Origin: Ylistrum balloti
Lineage: Eukaryota
DNA length: 64,000 bases
NCBI RefSeq assembly: GCF_031769215.1
Contig: NW_026782217.1
Coordinates: 620,001 to 684,000 of the forward strand
Direction: 5' to 3'
Below the pieces are notes generated by a model. The model saw only the letters and a program-made list of their open reading frames with translations, was not told the DNA's origin and did not search any database. This document shows positions 23,021-36,099 of this stretch, in pieces (the stretch's first letter is position 1; every line of letters begins with the position of its first letter). The translations under genes and the position numbers were made by a program.

Positions 23021-25362
23021 CCTAGTTTTTCTTCGAATAGTGGCTGCTGAAATTGTTAAAAATTTTACAAATCAGTGACTGTTAACGCTGTTTAAATCCC
23101 CTAGAAACAGACCCGATCGGTCGATTTAACAAACAGTAAATGTTGACAGTTTCAGCTGGACCAAATCAATCTGTACATGAATGCCACGGTAGCATTGTCA
23201 TAATCAGTTAATAACGCTAAAACGTGCAAATGTCTTTCTGCTAAGAGTCAGGACGATGAGCTGAATGACGAGAATGGTTTGTTTACTCGCCAAAGGCTAA
23301 GATGCCAAAATTTTAGAGTTGTTTGTTTATTTGAATAAGAAGACATGTTCCCTTAAGAGGAAGTTTGGCAAAAATAGCTGAAATCAAATTTTGCCAAAGA
23401 ACATTATATGGTGTTAAACTACATTCTTGCCTCTAGGCATTAAAATGTGTTCTTCGTGGGATCATCTGTTTCACCTACCAAGCAGTAAAACGGAATTAGA
23501 AAATGGCGTTAGGGCTGTTATACTATCACTGACACATTTTACTTAAGCCTACACCCCTGGTTGGTTTCTGTCATCAACAGTGATTCATTTAAAGAGTCAC
23601 TTAAATATTAACTAAAACAACAAGATATTGTTCTGCAAGGTCACTTATGTTATAATGAGAACGTCACAAGTTTGTTCCCAGGCACAGCTGAATCTTTACC
23701 TATCAAACGAGAATACTATATGTAATTTGGTTTCTATACCTTGTATTAGGGAGATGTAAATACATGTAAATATGTTTTGTTTAAAACAACAGTTAAACTT
23801 CGTGTCCGAAACTTACTACAGATGTGCTGCTGTCATTATGTTGTAATTTTGTTAAAATACACACACAATTCAAAAATGCAATATTGATTGTGCGTATGCA
23901 AAACATGTAAATGCTATTGTAAAAGCATTACTGCGTACGCTGATATGATTAAAATGACTGAAGTTGAATTTCATACAAACCTGACAAATTTAGTTAGAAA
24001 ACACTTTCCACGCCACGCCTCTGATGTACCAACCATGATAGTAGTATACACTATATATAGGTATGTAATCGATTGTACCGTGATAAACCACAGCTTCCGA
24101 TAACGTTATATATAGTATGTACTGTCGTGTATTAGTAAACAGACGGCGGTACAAAACTAGCACGCGCTATCATCTAGATCAGATTAAGAATAGGAAAACA
24201 AATAAGTAAATACTGTGGAATCGACACTATTTCGTTGTCAACTGATTTTACACAGTGCTCAAGTAATCTCCAGGTACTGATGTAAACAGTTGATTTGTAG
24301 ACATGTTAATTCGTGGATTTGAGTGCCTACAAAATTGACGAACTTACAACAGCACCTTTCTATAATATTCAGAACTATATAAAGGAATACACTGTAACAT
24401 ACAGCTGTTTCTCCCTCGTGGATGCGTTAAGTTTCTTCTCAGTCGATAATGTGACTTAACCTTTATAGGAGCGGAAGACACTTGCACTTCCGGAACACCT
24501 GATCTTATTCTTGTACTTTTTCAGGAGTCTCCGTGTAAATCTTACTCTTGTTCATATACTGTTCTAGTTCAGTTGATTTGTAGTTTCGATATACGCATTT
24601 CGTATGTCTGCTATGAAACGGCTTCATAATAAGTATTTGTATAGTCTATATATGAGTTTGGTATATTAGATTAGATATCTCTGACGGTTACGTCGCGGAA
24701 ATGATTATGCAAATATTTAAGAACTTCGTGGTTAGGAAAGTAGACATAAAGACAAATTAAACATGTACTGGGTAGATTATTTCTGTTTCACTGGTCATTT
24801 CAAGTGCCGGACACGTGTAAGTGACGGGAAACATCCTTGTTTACTCAATTTATGTCGCACGAGGGGCTGACTGTGGTGTATCCCTTGTAGATCGGAAGTT
24901 AATTCTCTGATACCTTCTGTTAGGGGGACGTCGTGGTATCCAGGAAAAGGGTCTACACCTTAAGCGGAGACTGAAATCAGGGTCTTGCAGAATCGGAGGT
25001 TGTCTTCCATCCTCTTCTAACTGAATGTTGAAAACGAGGTCAAATTTCCAAGCGATGCCCGATACTCCGATCAGGAGACGACTTTTGCTGGTGTTGTCCA
25101 CGTTTGCAAAAATATGTACAGATAAACAAGATCATCTTTCAGTAACATCCAAAACTTTACCAAATTAATAGACTATGGGCTGAATAACTTTCCCTCTAAA
25201 GCTTGATTTTTCCCTCTTTCTGTTTTAGGATTCACCTAATTTGGTCACTAGCATCACAGAATAGTACTGTAAGGTGCAATGCTATCTTCAGTATTGTGCA
25301 ACTCTTAAACTGCAGTGGTAGCATAATGGGCCACCATCCAACAGGTGTCTCTGAATACAGAA

Positions 25363-26060
25363 GGGGATACACGGCCGCTATCTGGGGTACATGGTCGGCT
25401 GTCGGGGTAGGTGGCCATCTGTCGGGGTACACGACCGCTATCTGGGCTACACGGTCGGCTGTCGGGGTAGGTGGCCATCTGTCGGGGTACATGGTCGGCT
25501 GTCGGGGTACACGGTCCACTGTTGGAGTAGGTGGCCGGCTGTCGGGGTACAAGGTCGGCTGTCGGGGTTTGGGTACACGGTCGGCTGTCGGGGTAGGTGG
25601 CCGTCTGTCGGGGTACACGGTCGGCTGTCGGGGTCGGGGTACACGGTCGGCTGTCTGGGTAGGTGGCCGGCTGTCGGGGTACACGGTCGGCTGTCGGGGT
25701 TTGGGTACACGGTCGGCTGTCTGGGTAGATGGCCGTCTGTTGGGGTACACGGTCGGCTGTCTGGGTAGATGGCCGGCTGTCGGGTTACACGGTCGGCTGT
25801 CGGGGTCGGGGTACACGGTCGGCTGTCTGGGAAAGTGGCCGGCTGTCGGGGTACACGGTCGGCTGTCGGGGTTTGGGTACACGGTCGGCTGTCTGGGTAG
25901 ATGGCCGTCTGTCGGGGTACACGGTCGGCTGTCTGGGTAGGTGGCCGGCTGTCGGGTTACACGGTCGGCTGTCGGGGTCGGGGTACACGGTCGGCTGTCA
26001 GGGTAGGTGGCCGTCTGTCGGGGTACACGGTCGGCTGTCGGGGTACGCGGCCGACTGTCG
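25363..26060. repeat. GC-rich minisatellite, about 20-bp period (GGGGTACACGGTCGGCTGTC / GGGGTAGGTGGCCGTCTGTC)
   Basis: GTCGGGG recurs at 25461, 25481 and 25501; two alternating variants with 7-nt insertions. Confidence 0.95.
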
Positions 26061-26097
26061 ACACTTGATGTCGAAGCTATGTTACTCACTTCTGCTG

Positions 26098-27510
26098 CCT
26101 GAAATGGTGTATAATATGACCTGTGTAGGGTATTACAGTTCCTGTGTGTACCCATATCGCTGACACTCCAGTGACCTGGAATGGTGTATAATATGATCTG
26201 TGTAGGTATTACAGTTCCTGTGTGTACCCATATCGCTGACACTCCAGTGACCTGGAATGGTATATAATATGACCTGTGTTGGGTATTACAGTTCCTGTGT
26301 GTACCCATATCGCTGACACTCCAGTGACCTGGAATGGTATATAATATGACCTGTGTTGGGTATAACAGTTCCTGTGTGTACCCATATCGCTGACACTCCA
26401 GTGACCTGGAATGGTATATAATATGACCTGTGTTGGGTATAACAGTTCCTGTGTGTACCCATATCGCTGACACTCCAGTGACCTGGAATGGTATATAATA
26501 TGACCTGTGTTGGGTATAACAGTTCCTGTGTGTACCCATATCGCTGACACTCCAATGACCTGGAATGGTATATAATATGACCTGTGTTGGGTATAACAGT
26601 TCCTGTGTGTACCCATATCGCTGACACTCCAATGACCTGGAATGGTATATAATATGACCTGTGTTGGGTATAACAGTTCCTGTGTGTACCCATATCGCTG
26701 ACACTCCAATGACCTGGAATGGTATATAATATGACCTGTGTTGGGTATAACAGTTCCTGTGTGTACCCATATCGCTGACACTCCAATGACCTGGAATGGT
26801 GTATAATATGACCTGTGTTGGGTATAACAGTTCCTGTGTGTACCCATATCGCTGACACTCCAATGACCTGGAATGGTATATAATATGACCTGTGTTGGGT
26901 ATAACAGTTCCTGTGTGTACCCATATCGCTGACACTCCAGTGACCTGGAATGGTGTATAATATGACCTGTGTTGGGTATTACAGTTCCTGTGTGTACCCA
27001 TATCGCTGACACTCCAGTGACCTGGAATGGTGTATAATATGACCTGTGTTGGGTATTACAGTTCCTGTGTGTACCCATATCGCTGACACTCCAATGACCT
27101 GGAATGGTGTATAATATGATCTGTGTTGGGTATAACAGTTCCTGTGTGTACCCATATCGCTGACACTCCAGTGACCTGGAATGGTATATAATATGACCTG
27201 TGTTGGGTATAACAGTTCCTGTGTGTACCCATATCGCTGACACTCCAGTGACCTGGAATGGTATATAATATGACCTGTGTTGGGTATTACAGTTCCTGTG
27301 TGTACCCATATCGCTGACACTCCAGTGACCTGGAATGGTGTATAATATGATCTGTGTAGGGTATTACAGTTCCTGTGTGTACCCATATCGCTGACACTCC
27401 AATGACCTGGAATGGTGTATAATATGACCTGTGTTGGGTATTACAGTTCCTGTGTGTGTACCCATATCGCTGACACTCCAGTGACCTGGAATGGTGTATA
27501 ATATGACCTG
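26098..27510. repeat. Minisatellite, 77-bp unit, about 18 copies
   Basis: GACCTGTGTTGGGTATAACAGTTCCTGTGTGTACCCATATCGCTGACACTCCAGTGACCTGGAATGGTATATAATAT repeated. Confidence 0.98.
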
Positions 27511-27925
27511 GAATATAATATGGTTTTGGTCGGATTTATCACTTCTTTTCTGTGCTGTGTTTAAAACATACACGGCACTATGAAAGATTTGGATGGAAGC
27601 ACAGTCCATGAGCAAACAGAACACACAAACAAATGTGCCTAGCACACTGGTAAGCTTGCAAACATATGGAGAATAGTGAGCTTGTTGAAGGTGTCTCTTT
27701 AACAGGAAGATCCCGCTCTTAAACACAGAAAAAAAACTTCTTACTCTCAGGCGGTGTAATATATTCTTTCTCTCTAATAAAAAATATAATAAGGAGGTTC
27801 TTATGACATCACAAAGAGTCCAATACATACAATATAGATATAAAAAAGCAACTGCCAATATGATTTTATCAACAATATTCAAGTTTTATTTTCCTGTAAC
27901 ATACTCTAAAACCTCAGCAATCTGG

Positions 27926-28293
27926 TCACTTTTGTTTTATTCGCTGTATCAGTACAGATTCTAATGGATTCAGCATCCGTTTAGATTCAGATGTTGCTGA
28001 TTGAACTTTAACCTTTGAATGTGCCACGTCTCTTTCATTGTCAGGCACCCCTAATCTTGTTAAAAGTCTTGAGGAGAATGCAGGAATCACTGGTTGTATT
28101 AAAATTCCACAAACTCGTAGTGTCTCCATGGCGATGTAAATCACTGTTTCTAAATGCTCCTTCTCACTTTCAGTTTTCACTAAAATCCAAGGTTTATGAT
28201 CATCGATCAGTTTATTTAGCCAGAAAAGATAGGTCATCAGTGTCTGTAATACTAGGTACACATTGCCATCTTCATAGAATCTATCCACTCGAT
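27926..28293 (-). CDS. MARS2: MARS2 terminal coding exon 12 (anticodon-binding domain)
   Basis: TTTCAG|AT; ...KLIDDHKPW...METLRVCGILIQPVIP...RIKQK-TGA; AATAAA at 27890-27885. The twelve exons sum to 1755 nt = 584 aa + stop. Confidence 0.93.
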
Positions 28294-28332
28294 CTGAAAA
28301 ATCAACAAATAAAAACCACATCAGAAAATGTA

Positions 28333-28502
28333 TACTGTAAAATCACTCATTTTTGTGGGAGTATTATTTTGTAGGTACTCTAAACTCACAAATTGTTTAA
28401 ATTAGTACAACTGGATTCATTGACCTATCTTTCCATGAAAAGATTTTTTTTTTTTTTTAAACGTGAAAATTGAGTGACACAAAAATATAAAATTTTACAG
28501 TA
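28333..28502. mobile_element. MITE-like element with TACTGTAAAAT...ATTTTACAGTA terminal inverted repeats
   Basis: TIRs read directly, with an inner CACTCA/TGAGTG match; 170 bp, non-coding. Confidence 0.6.
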
Positions 28503-28550
28503 TCAGTTTTTAACAAGTATCAAACTAGTCTGTCTCTCACTATTTCAACA

Positions 28551-28622
28551 CCTCAGCTAGAGATCAAACCTACAACCCCTGGTTTTCTAGTCTACATCTC
28601 AACCATCAAGCTAAAGAGAAGC
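28551..28622 (-). mobile_element. Degenerate tRNA-derived SINE head
   Basis: Minus strand GCTTCTCTTTAGCTTGATGGTTGAGATGTAGACTAG...GGTTTGATCTC resembles decayed A/B boxes. Confidence 0.4.
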
Positions 28623-29129
28623 GTGGTATATTGCAAGTAGTATTTGACCTATCCACAATTTATGAAGCATATTCTTTATTGTTGTGTGCTTGAAACAACT
28701 CACTTCCATTTACATAGGGAATTTTGTAACTAAATTTAGTTTAACTTTGGTTGTTTGTATTTTACCCTAATTGCTCTGGATGGCATGCAATGGGCCTCCA
28801 GTAGGTTTTTCTGCTACATAGCAACCAGCTACTACAAAATGAACCTACATTTTCATCAGGTATCAAACCCATCAAGAGACCTAGCAGCCTTGATGGTCAT
28901 CTGAGATAAGCAATATTGAATATAAAGGTTAAAGGATAGTTATCAAATGTCAGGAAACAGAAATTGTGACATTGAATATAGTAAGGCAGTGTCAATACAT
29001 GCATTCCATCAAAACTGTCATCCTATACTGATAATTCTTAAAGTTATTTCCAGTGGGAAATAACCAACATTATGCTCAAAAATACTAATTTCCTATGAAA
29101 TTTACAGGAAAGAGTATTTGTTTCTACCA

Positions 29130-29402
29130 TACGTGGGTCTTGAGAAGAAGATTTTTGAAATTTAAGTCCATTTGGCCCCTTTTGGCCTCACCCATCAGCC
29201 CCTGGGGGGCAGGGACTGTATAATTTCACAATTTTGGTTCATCTTAGGCCAAGGAATGTTTCTGCAAAATTTCATTGAAATTGGATCTGGGGTTTTTGAT
29301 AAGAAGTTGAAAGTGTTAAATTGTTTACGGACGCACAATGCACAACACCGGATGGATGGTATTAGAATAGGTAACCATGAGACTATGTCTCAGATGACCT
29401 AA
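29130..29402 (+). mobile_element. HINE/pearl-like non-autonomous element, 3' part
   Basis: Decayed ACGG-type microsatellite followed by the terminal hairpin TAGGT..TGAGAC-TAT-GTCTCA..ACCTA (29368-29401), the architecture of bivalve Helentron-associated elements. Family assignment is from memory. Confidence 0.55.
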
Positions 29403-29426
29403 CAGGCAGTTTGAACCATAACAGAC

Positions 29427-29618
29427 CTGCTAGTCCATAAAGCTCCTCTAAAGTGTGACGATCCTCGTCTGTGAAGCGAGTCAACAAGGCATCTGTTGAT
29501 GGATTGGTGAAGAGTTGTTCTGGATTGAGAGATTTACTAGTAATCCTGTTCAAAGCATTTCCTATAGTGTTCACCAACTCACTATTGATTACCTTGACAA
29601 TCTTCCCCTCATTAAAAT
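29427..29618 (-). CDS. MARS2: MARS2 coding exon 11
   Basis: CGCAG|AT; (D)FNEGKIVKVINSELVNTIGNALNRITSKSLNP...LYGLA. Donor G|GTCTGT. Confidence 0.92.
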
Positions 29619-30059
29619 CTGCGAAAGAAACATTTTCATATTCTTCAATATCACCATATGTAGAATAAAAAATAAAGGAAGCATTTTTTTCCCAAAAACT
29701 TCATATGTATACAATGTACCTACTGTAATGAAATTCACAGTAACTGTACCATAATTCTTTGTGTACAGAATCTAATCTTGATGTTTTTCAACACAATACT
29801 ATTTCAGCACTTTCGTTGATGAAAAGTACTCAAAAAATTCATAAAAGATAAATATTAAAATTTAAAGGGATTTATCAATTTGTGAAATTTGTGTAAAAAC
29901 TGAAAATAGTTTATGGACAATCATACCTAAACATTAGAGAGTCTTTCTGTGCCAAGACATTGTATGTTATATTGGTGTATCTTTTTATATGTAGGTGGGT
30001 GATATCACCAGGCATGGGCATGAATGTGGGTGGGTGATAATACCATGCATAAACTTGGT

Positions 30060-32748
30060 AGGTGAATGACAATAACAAGCATGGACTATGAGGTGAGTGA
30101 CAATAACAAGCATGGACTATGAGGTGGGTGAGTGACAATAACAACCATGGACTATGAGGTGGGTGAGTGACAATAACAAGCATGGACTATGAGGTGGGTG
30201 AGTGACAATAACAAGCATGGACTATGAGGTGGGTGAGTGACAATAACAAGCATGGACTATGAGGTGGGTGAGTGACAATAACAAGCATGGACTATGAGGT
30301 GGGTGAGTGACAATAACAAGCATGGACTATGAGGTGGGTGAGTGACAATAACAAGCATGGACTATGAGGTGGGTGAGTGACAATAACAAGCATGGACTAT
30401 GAGGTGGGTGAGTGACAATAACAAGCATGGACTATGAGGTGAGTGACAATAACAAGCATGGACTATGAGGTGGGTGAGTGACAATAACAAGCATGGACTA
30501 TGAGGTGGGTGAGTGACAATAACAAGCATGGACTATGAGGTGGGTGAGTGACAATAACAAGCATGGACTATGAGGTGGGTGAGTGACAATAACAAGCATG
30601 GACTATGAGGTGGGTGAGTGACAATAACAAGCATGGACTATGAGGTGGGTGAGTGACAATAACAAGCATGGACTATGAGGTGGGTGAGTGACAATAACAA
30701 GCATGGACTATGAGGTGGGTGAGTGACAATAACAAGCATGGACTATGAGGTGGGTGAGTGACAATAACAAGCATGGACTATGAGGTGGGTGAGTGACAAT
30801 AACAAGCATGGACTATGAGGTGGGTGAGTGACAATAACAAGCATGGACTATGAGGTGGTGAGTGACAATAACAAGCATGGACTATGAGGTGGGTGAGTGA
30901 CAATAACAAGCATGGACTATGAGGTGGGTGAGTGACAATAACAAGCATGGACTATGAGGTGGGTGAGTGACAATAACAAGCATGGACTATGAGGTGGGTG
31001 AGTGACAATAACAAGCATGGACTATGAGGTGGGTGAGTGACAATAACAAGCATGGACTATGAGGTGGGTGAGTGACAATAACAAGCATGGACTATGAGGT
31101 GGGTGAGTGACAATAACAAGCATGGACTATGAGGTGAGTGACAATAACAAGCGCGGACTATGAGGTGGGTGAGTGACAATAACAAGCATGGACTATGAGG
31201 TGGGTGAGTGACAATAACAAGCATGGACTATGAGGTGGGTGAGTGACAATAACAAGCATGGACTATGAGGTGGGTGAGTGACAATAACAAGCATGGACTA
31301 TGAGGTGGGTGAGTGACAATAACAAGCATGGACTATGAGGTGGGTGAGTGACAATAACAAGCATGGACTATGAGGTGGGTGAGTGACAATAACAAGCATG
31401 GACTATGAGGTGGGTGAGTGACAATAACAAGCATGGACTATGAGGTGGGTGAGTGACAATAACAAGCATGGACTATGAGGTGGGTGAGTGACAATAACAA
31501 GCATGGACTATGAGGTGGGTGAGTGACAATAACAAGCATGGACTATGAGGTGGGTGAGTGACAATAACAAGCATGGACTATGAGGTGGGTGAGTGACAAT
31601 AACAAGCATGGACTATGAGGTGGGTGAGTGACAATAACAAGCATGGACTATGAGGTGGGTGAGGGACAATAACAAGCATGGACTATGAGGTGGGTGAGTG
31701 ACAATAACAAGCGCGGACTATGAGGTGGGTGAGTGACAATAACAAGCATGGACTATGAGGTGAGTGACATGAGGTGGGTGAGTGACAATAACAAGCATGG
31801 GCTATGAGGTGGGTGAGTGACAATAACAAGCATGGACTATGAGGTGGGTGAGTGACAATAACAAGCATGGACTATGAGGTGGGTGAGTGACAATAACAAG
31901 CATGGACTATGAGGTGGGTGAGTGACAATAACAAGCATGGACTATGAGGTGGGTGAGTGACAATAACAAGCATGGACTATGAGGTGGGTGAGTGACAATA
32001 ACAAGCATGGACTATGAGGTCTGTGAGTGACAATAACAAGCATGGACTATGAGGTGGGTGAGTGACAATAACAAGCATGGACTATGAGGTGGGTGAGTGA
32101 CAATAACAAGCATGGACTATGAGGTGGGTGAGTGACAATAACAAGCATGGACTATGAGGTGGGTGAGTGACAATAACAAGCATGGACTATGAGGTGGGTG
32201 AGTGACAATAACAAGCATGGACTATGAGGTGGGTGAGTGACAATAACAAGCATGGACTATGAGGTGGGTGAGTGACAATAACAAGCATGGACTATGAGGT
32301 GGGTGAGTGACAATAACAAGCAAGGACTATGAGGTGGGTGAGTGACAATAACAAGCATGGACTATGAGGTGGGTGAGTGACAATAACAAGCATGGACTAT
32401 GAGGTGGGTGAGTGACAATAACAAGCATGGACTATGAGGTGGGTGAGTGACAATAACAAGCATGGACTATGAGGTGGGTGAGTGACAATAACAAGCATGG
32501 ACTATGAGGTGGGTGAGTGACAATAACAAGCATGGACTATGAGGTGAGTGACAATAACAAGCGCGGACTATGAGGTGGGTGAGTGACAATAACAAGCATG
32601 GACTATGAAGTGGGTGAGTGACAATAACAAGCATGGACTATGAGGTGGGTGAGTGACAATAACAAGCATGGACTATGAGGTGGGTGAGTGACAATAACAA
32701 GCATGGACTATGAGGTGGGTGAGTGATAATAACAAGCATGGACTATGA
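30060..32748. repeat. Minisatellite, 35-bp unit GTGGGTGAGTGACAATAACAAGCATGGACTATGAG, about 77 copies
   Basis: Highly homogeneous array in MARS2 intron 10. Confidence 0.98.
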
Positions 32749-32786
32749 TGCATCAGGCTGTGAATTTTTTATCATATGAAAATTAC

Positions 32787-32898
32787 CAGCATCTTTCTGA
32801 GGAGTAGCCTGCCTTAGTAAGAAATAACGGACTCCATCCACAGTGTATTTGGACATACACTCCAGGGGATCCACTACATTACCCAGACTCTTTGACAT
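32787..32898 (-). CDS. MARS2: MARS2 coding exon 10 (K|MSKS motif)
   Basis: TTTCAG|ATG; [37 protein letters not shown]. Donor G|GTAATT. Confidence 0.95.
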
Positions 32899-33909
32899 CT
32901 GAAAATATAGATATAAGTGTAGAACTAAAATACAACTTAACCTGTGATGTATGGGATGATGAAGTAATGACAGATGACTGGACTATTTTCCTACACAATC
33001 AGATACATGTATTTAACATTCTGTGAATCTGTAACTGCAGCCATCTTGTTTTTCTTCTACCGAGACAAAAAATCAAACTAACCAAACTTTATTTGTGCAA
33101 TGATAGAAATATTTTGCCTTATTAGAGTTCATTAAAATGTACTAAATAATGCAAGGGCTGTGGCCTTAAACTTTTTCATAAATGAAATGACTAATTTGCT
33201 TTGTCTTGATCCTTGAAAATTTATTTAAGATGGACCAGTATACAGCATAAAACACAGGTTAATACACTGCAGATGACTTGTTTCAACTTTGCCCTGTGAA
33301 AATAGAATTTGAAATTGGGTGAGCTCCGGATTATCAGCTTCATTTAATGTTAATATAGCGACTGATTGTAATTAAGAATCTCAGGTGTTTGTAACCTACA
33401 ACATCAATAGTAACTAACATGGTTAGGAACTCTTTCAAAATGAAGGCAATTTTAGACATGTCACTGGGGCACCTATGTTAACAGTAAACATGGCTGCAAA
33501 TTTCAAACTAATGGCTTTTGCTGACCAATAATCTCAGCATAATCATATCTTCTACATATGTGTATGATTTTTACTGGAAAGTCTGTATAAATATAGATTA
33601 AATTAGGTGCTGCTTCATGAACAAAGTATCAAGCATTACAAAAAAAGTGACAAACATCTGATGACACAACTCCGTCTGAAATACTTTTTTTCTATTCCGC
33701 TTCACCATTTCACTACGTTGAGATACTTTCATTATGAGAATATCTAGAAAGGCTGAAAATTAATTTTTCTGGTTCAAATACACATTCCACTGTTACTTTA
33801 TGTGCCCAAAATCTTGAAATATATTGATTGAGAGTTATCTCTTTTTAACTCAAGTGCACAACATTCAAAGAAGGGATGAACTCCTGTGCAATCATGCTAA
33901 CACTGATAC

Positions 33910-34009
33910 CTTCATTCCGTCCACCCTCCAATGGGAATGACAAAGGATTTTCTTTGGCAAGGAAAGACCAGCTGCTAGCAGAAAGGCTGGCCAATAAACT
34001 GCATGGAAC
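33910..34009 (-). CDS. MARS2: MARS2 coding exon 9
   Basis: CAG|G TTC; [33 protein letters not shown]. Donor AAG|GTATCA. Confidence 0.95.
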
Positions 34010-34667
34010 CTGTCAACAAATTAACACTTAACTTTCCTGAGAATAATTACAGAATTTTTCTCAAATCATGTTACAGGTTTGCTGATTGTGAAATACTGGC
34101 ATTATGTCAGAAGTTTTTTATCAGCTGTTGATCTAGACCCATTTACAATACATACTTAGAGAGTAAGGAGATCATATTGTCTGTGGTAACTTCAGTACTT
34201 ATGCCCTTAGCTTTCTTTAAGGGCTGACAGAGAAGAATCATGAGGAAAATGTCTGTTAGAAATTAATAGCATTGTGACCTGACTCCCATACAAGAAAAGT
34301 TTGATAAATTTGCATAAATTGTCAAATTTTACCTTTGACCTTGACCAATAACCACCTCAATATGATAAGGTGTTGAATTTGATGTTATGGTATAACATGG
34401 TAGATATAAAACTAATAAGGTTCTCAATTAGCAGAGAACATGTTGTGATACAATTAGAAGGGATAAATGGACTCAGTATACGCCTGCTCTATAAAATGAC
34501 TTGGGCAGAACAAGTTGTCCTCGGCGAATAAACTAGAATCTTTGGTACCAAAACAATGTGTCTTTTAATAATGCCTTGGGATCAATATAAAATTTTGGTT
34601 CAAAGTCATTAGGTTGGGTTTAATGCAAGACCATAAAAAAGTAAGTTTTGATAACAGAACAGCAATA

Positions 34668-35202
34668 GATATGGGTATCAACAGACATGATATGGGTATT
34701 AACAGACATAATATGGGTATCAACAGACATGATATGGGTATAAACAGATATGATATGGGTATTAAGACATGATATGGGTATTAACAGATATGATATGGGT
34801 ATTAAGACATGATATGGGTATCAACAGACATGATATGGGTATTAACAGATATGATATGGGTATTAAGACATGATATGGGTATCAATCGATATGATATGGG
34901 TATTAACAGACATGATATGGGTATTAACAGACATGATATGGGTATCAACAGACATGATATGGGTATTAACAGACATGATATGGGTATCAACAGACATGAT
35001 ATGGGTATTAACAGACATGATATGGGTATTAACAGATATGATATGGGTATTAAGACATGATATGGGTATTAAGACATGATATGGGTATTAAGACATGATA
35101 TGGGTATCAATCGATATGATATGGGTATTAACAGACATGATATGGGTATTAACAGACATGATATGGGTATTAAAAGACATGATATGGGTATTAACAGACA
35201 TG
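34668..35202. repeat. Minisatellite, 21-bp unit GATATGGGTATTAACAGACAT (19-bp variant)
   Basis: Read directly; MARS2 intron 8. Confidence 0.97.
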
Positions 35203-35253
35203 GGCATTTGTTTTTGGAAAGTATAGCATAGGACTTACAATTGTCTCCTATCA

Positions 35254-35442
35254 GAATCAAAGAGAAATCGCAACAAGCCAATGATATGTGTTTTTTCTTA
35301 TTTATTGGTATGTCAACTGGTTTTGCCCTAACTTTTGGGCTTTTAAGGGTCCTGATGAAGCCCAAAAGTTCTGGCGAAACTGGTCGACATACCAATTAAT
35401 AAGAAGAAACACATATCCTGGGCTGCGATTTCTCTTCAATTC
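35254..35442 (+). mobile_element. About 190-bp imperfect inverted repeat carrying a hammerhead-like motif (Penelope-type terminal remnant)
   Basis: Arms of about 85 nt are reverse complements around a 15-nt spacer. The right side reads GUC-CUGAUGA-A-GCC...GGC-GAAAC-UG-GUC-GAC (35349-35388). Confidence 0.6.
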
Positions 35443-35623
35443 TTAGTTTGTCCCTGTACTCTAATCGCCCAGCATACCAGAAGGTATCCAAGCAAGAGAT
35501 ACAAGGAACTACTTGAACTCTTCCTAAAAGTACGGTGTTGGTTCTGTCCTAGTATCTCTATCGTCAAAATCTGGTTACATTGATAGATACTGATCTACAC
35601 TGATATAGGAGTAGTTTGCTTAC

Positions 35624-35739
35624 TTGAGAATATCTTTGCCAACCACATGACAATCTGCAGGCCAAACACTGCAATATTCGTCTCCAGGGTAACCAGTTAC
35701 TGTGAGGTAATTTGTGAGGGCATCCAACCATACATAGAT
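35624..35739 (-). CDS. MARS2: MARS2 coding exon 8
   Basis: CAG|ATC; [39 protein letters not shown]. Donor AA|GTAAGC. Confidence 0.95.
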
Positions 35740-36099
35740 CTGTACCAAAACACAACCAGTCAAACATTAATGTAAATTATTGTAATATCAGAACTACATA
35801 TACCTTATACAACTTACCAAATACTCCATTTGATTAAAATAACACAAAAATCATGCACGTAATAAAAGTACAGCCAAACCTGTCTTTGAGGCCAGTTTTA
35901 TATAAAGGCATTCTATCTATACAGGCCACAACGTCAGTTCTCTGTGTATTGAAATTCATTGTAACTAAAACTCTACATAAAGTCCACCTTTGTACAACAC
36001 CCACTCTGCTCCCTATCTTTTCAGTGATATAAGTGTCTTCTGAAATATCTTTATTTATCAAGTTAAACCCATATAAAATAAATGCATCTTGGTTTCATT

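Noticed and set aside
24850-25101. 83-aa ORF in a GC-richer patch
   Set aside because: Non-ATG start and no recognisable homology in any frame I translated.
25203-27386. Long ORFs of up to 589 aa on both strands
   Set aside because: Translations of the 20-bp and 77-bp arrays, with overlapping frames on both strands and no domain signature.
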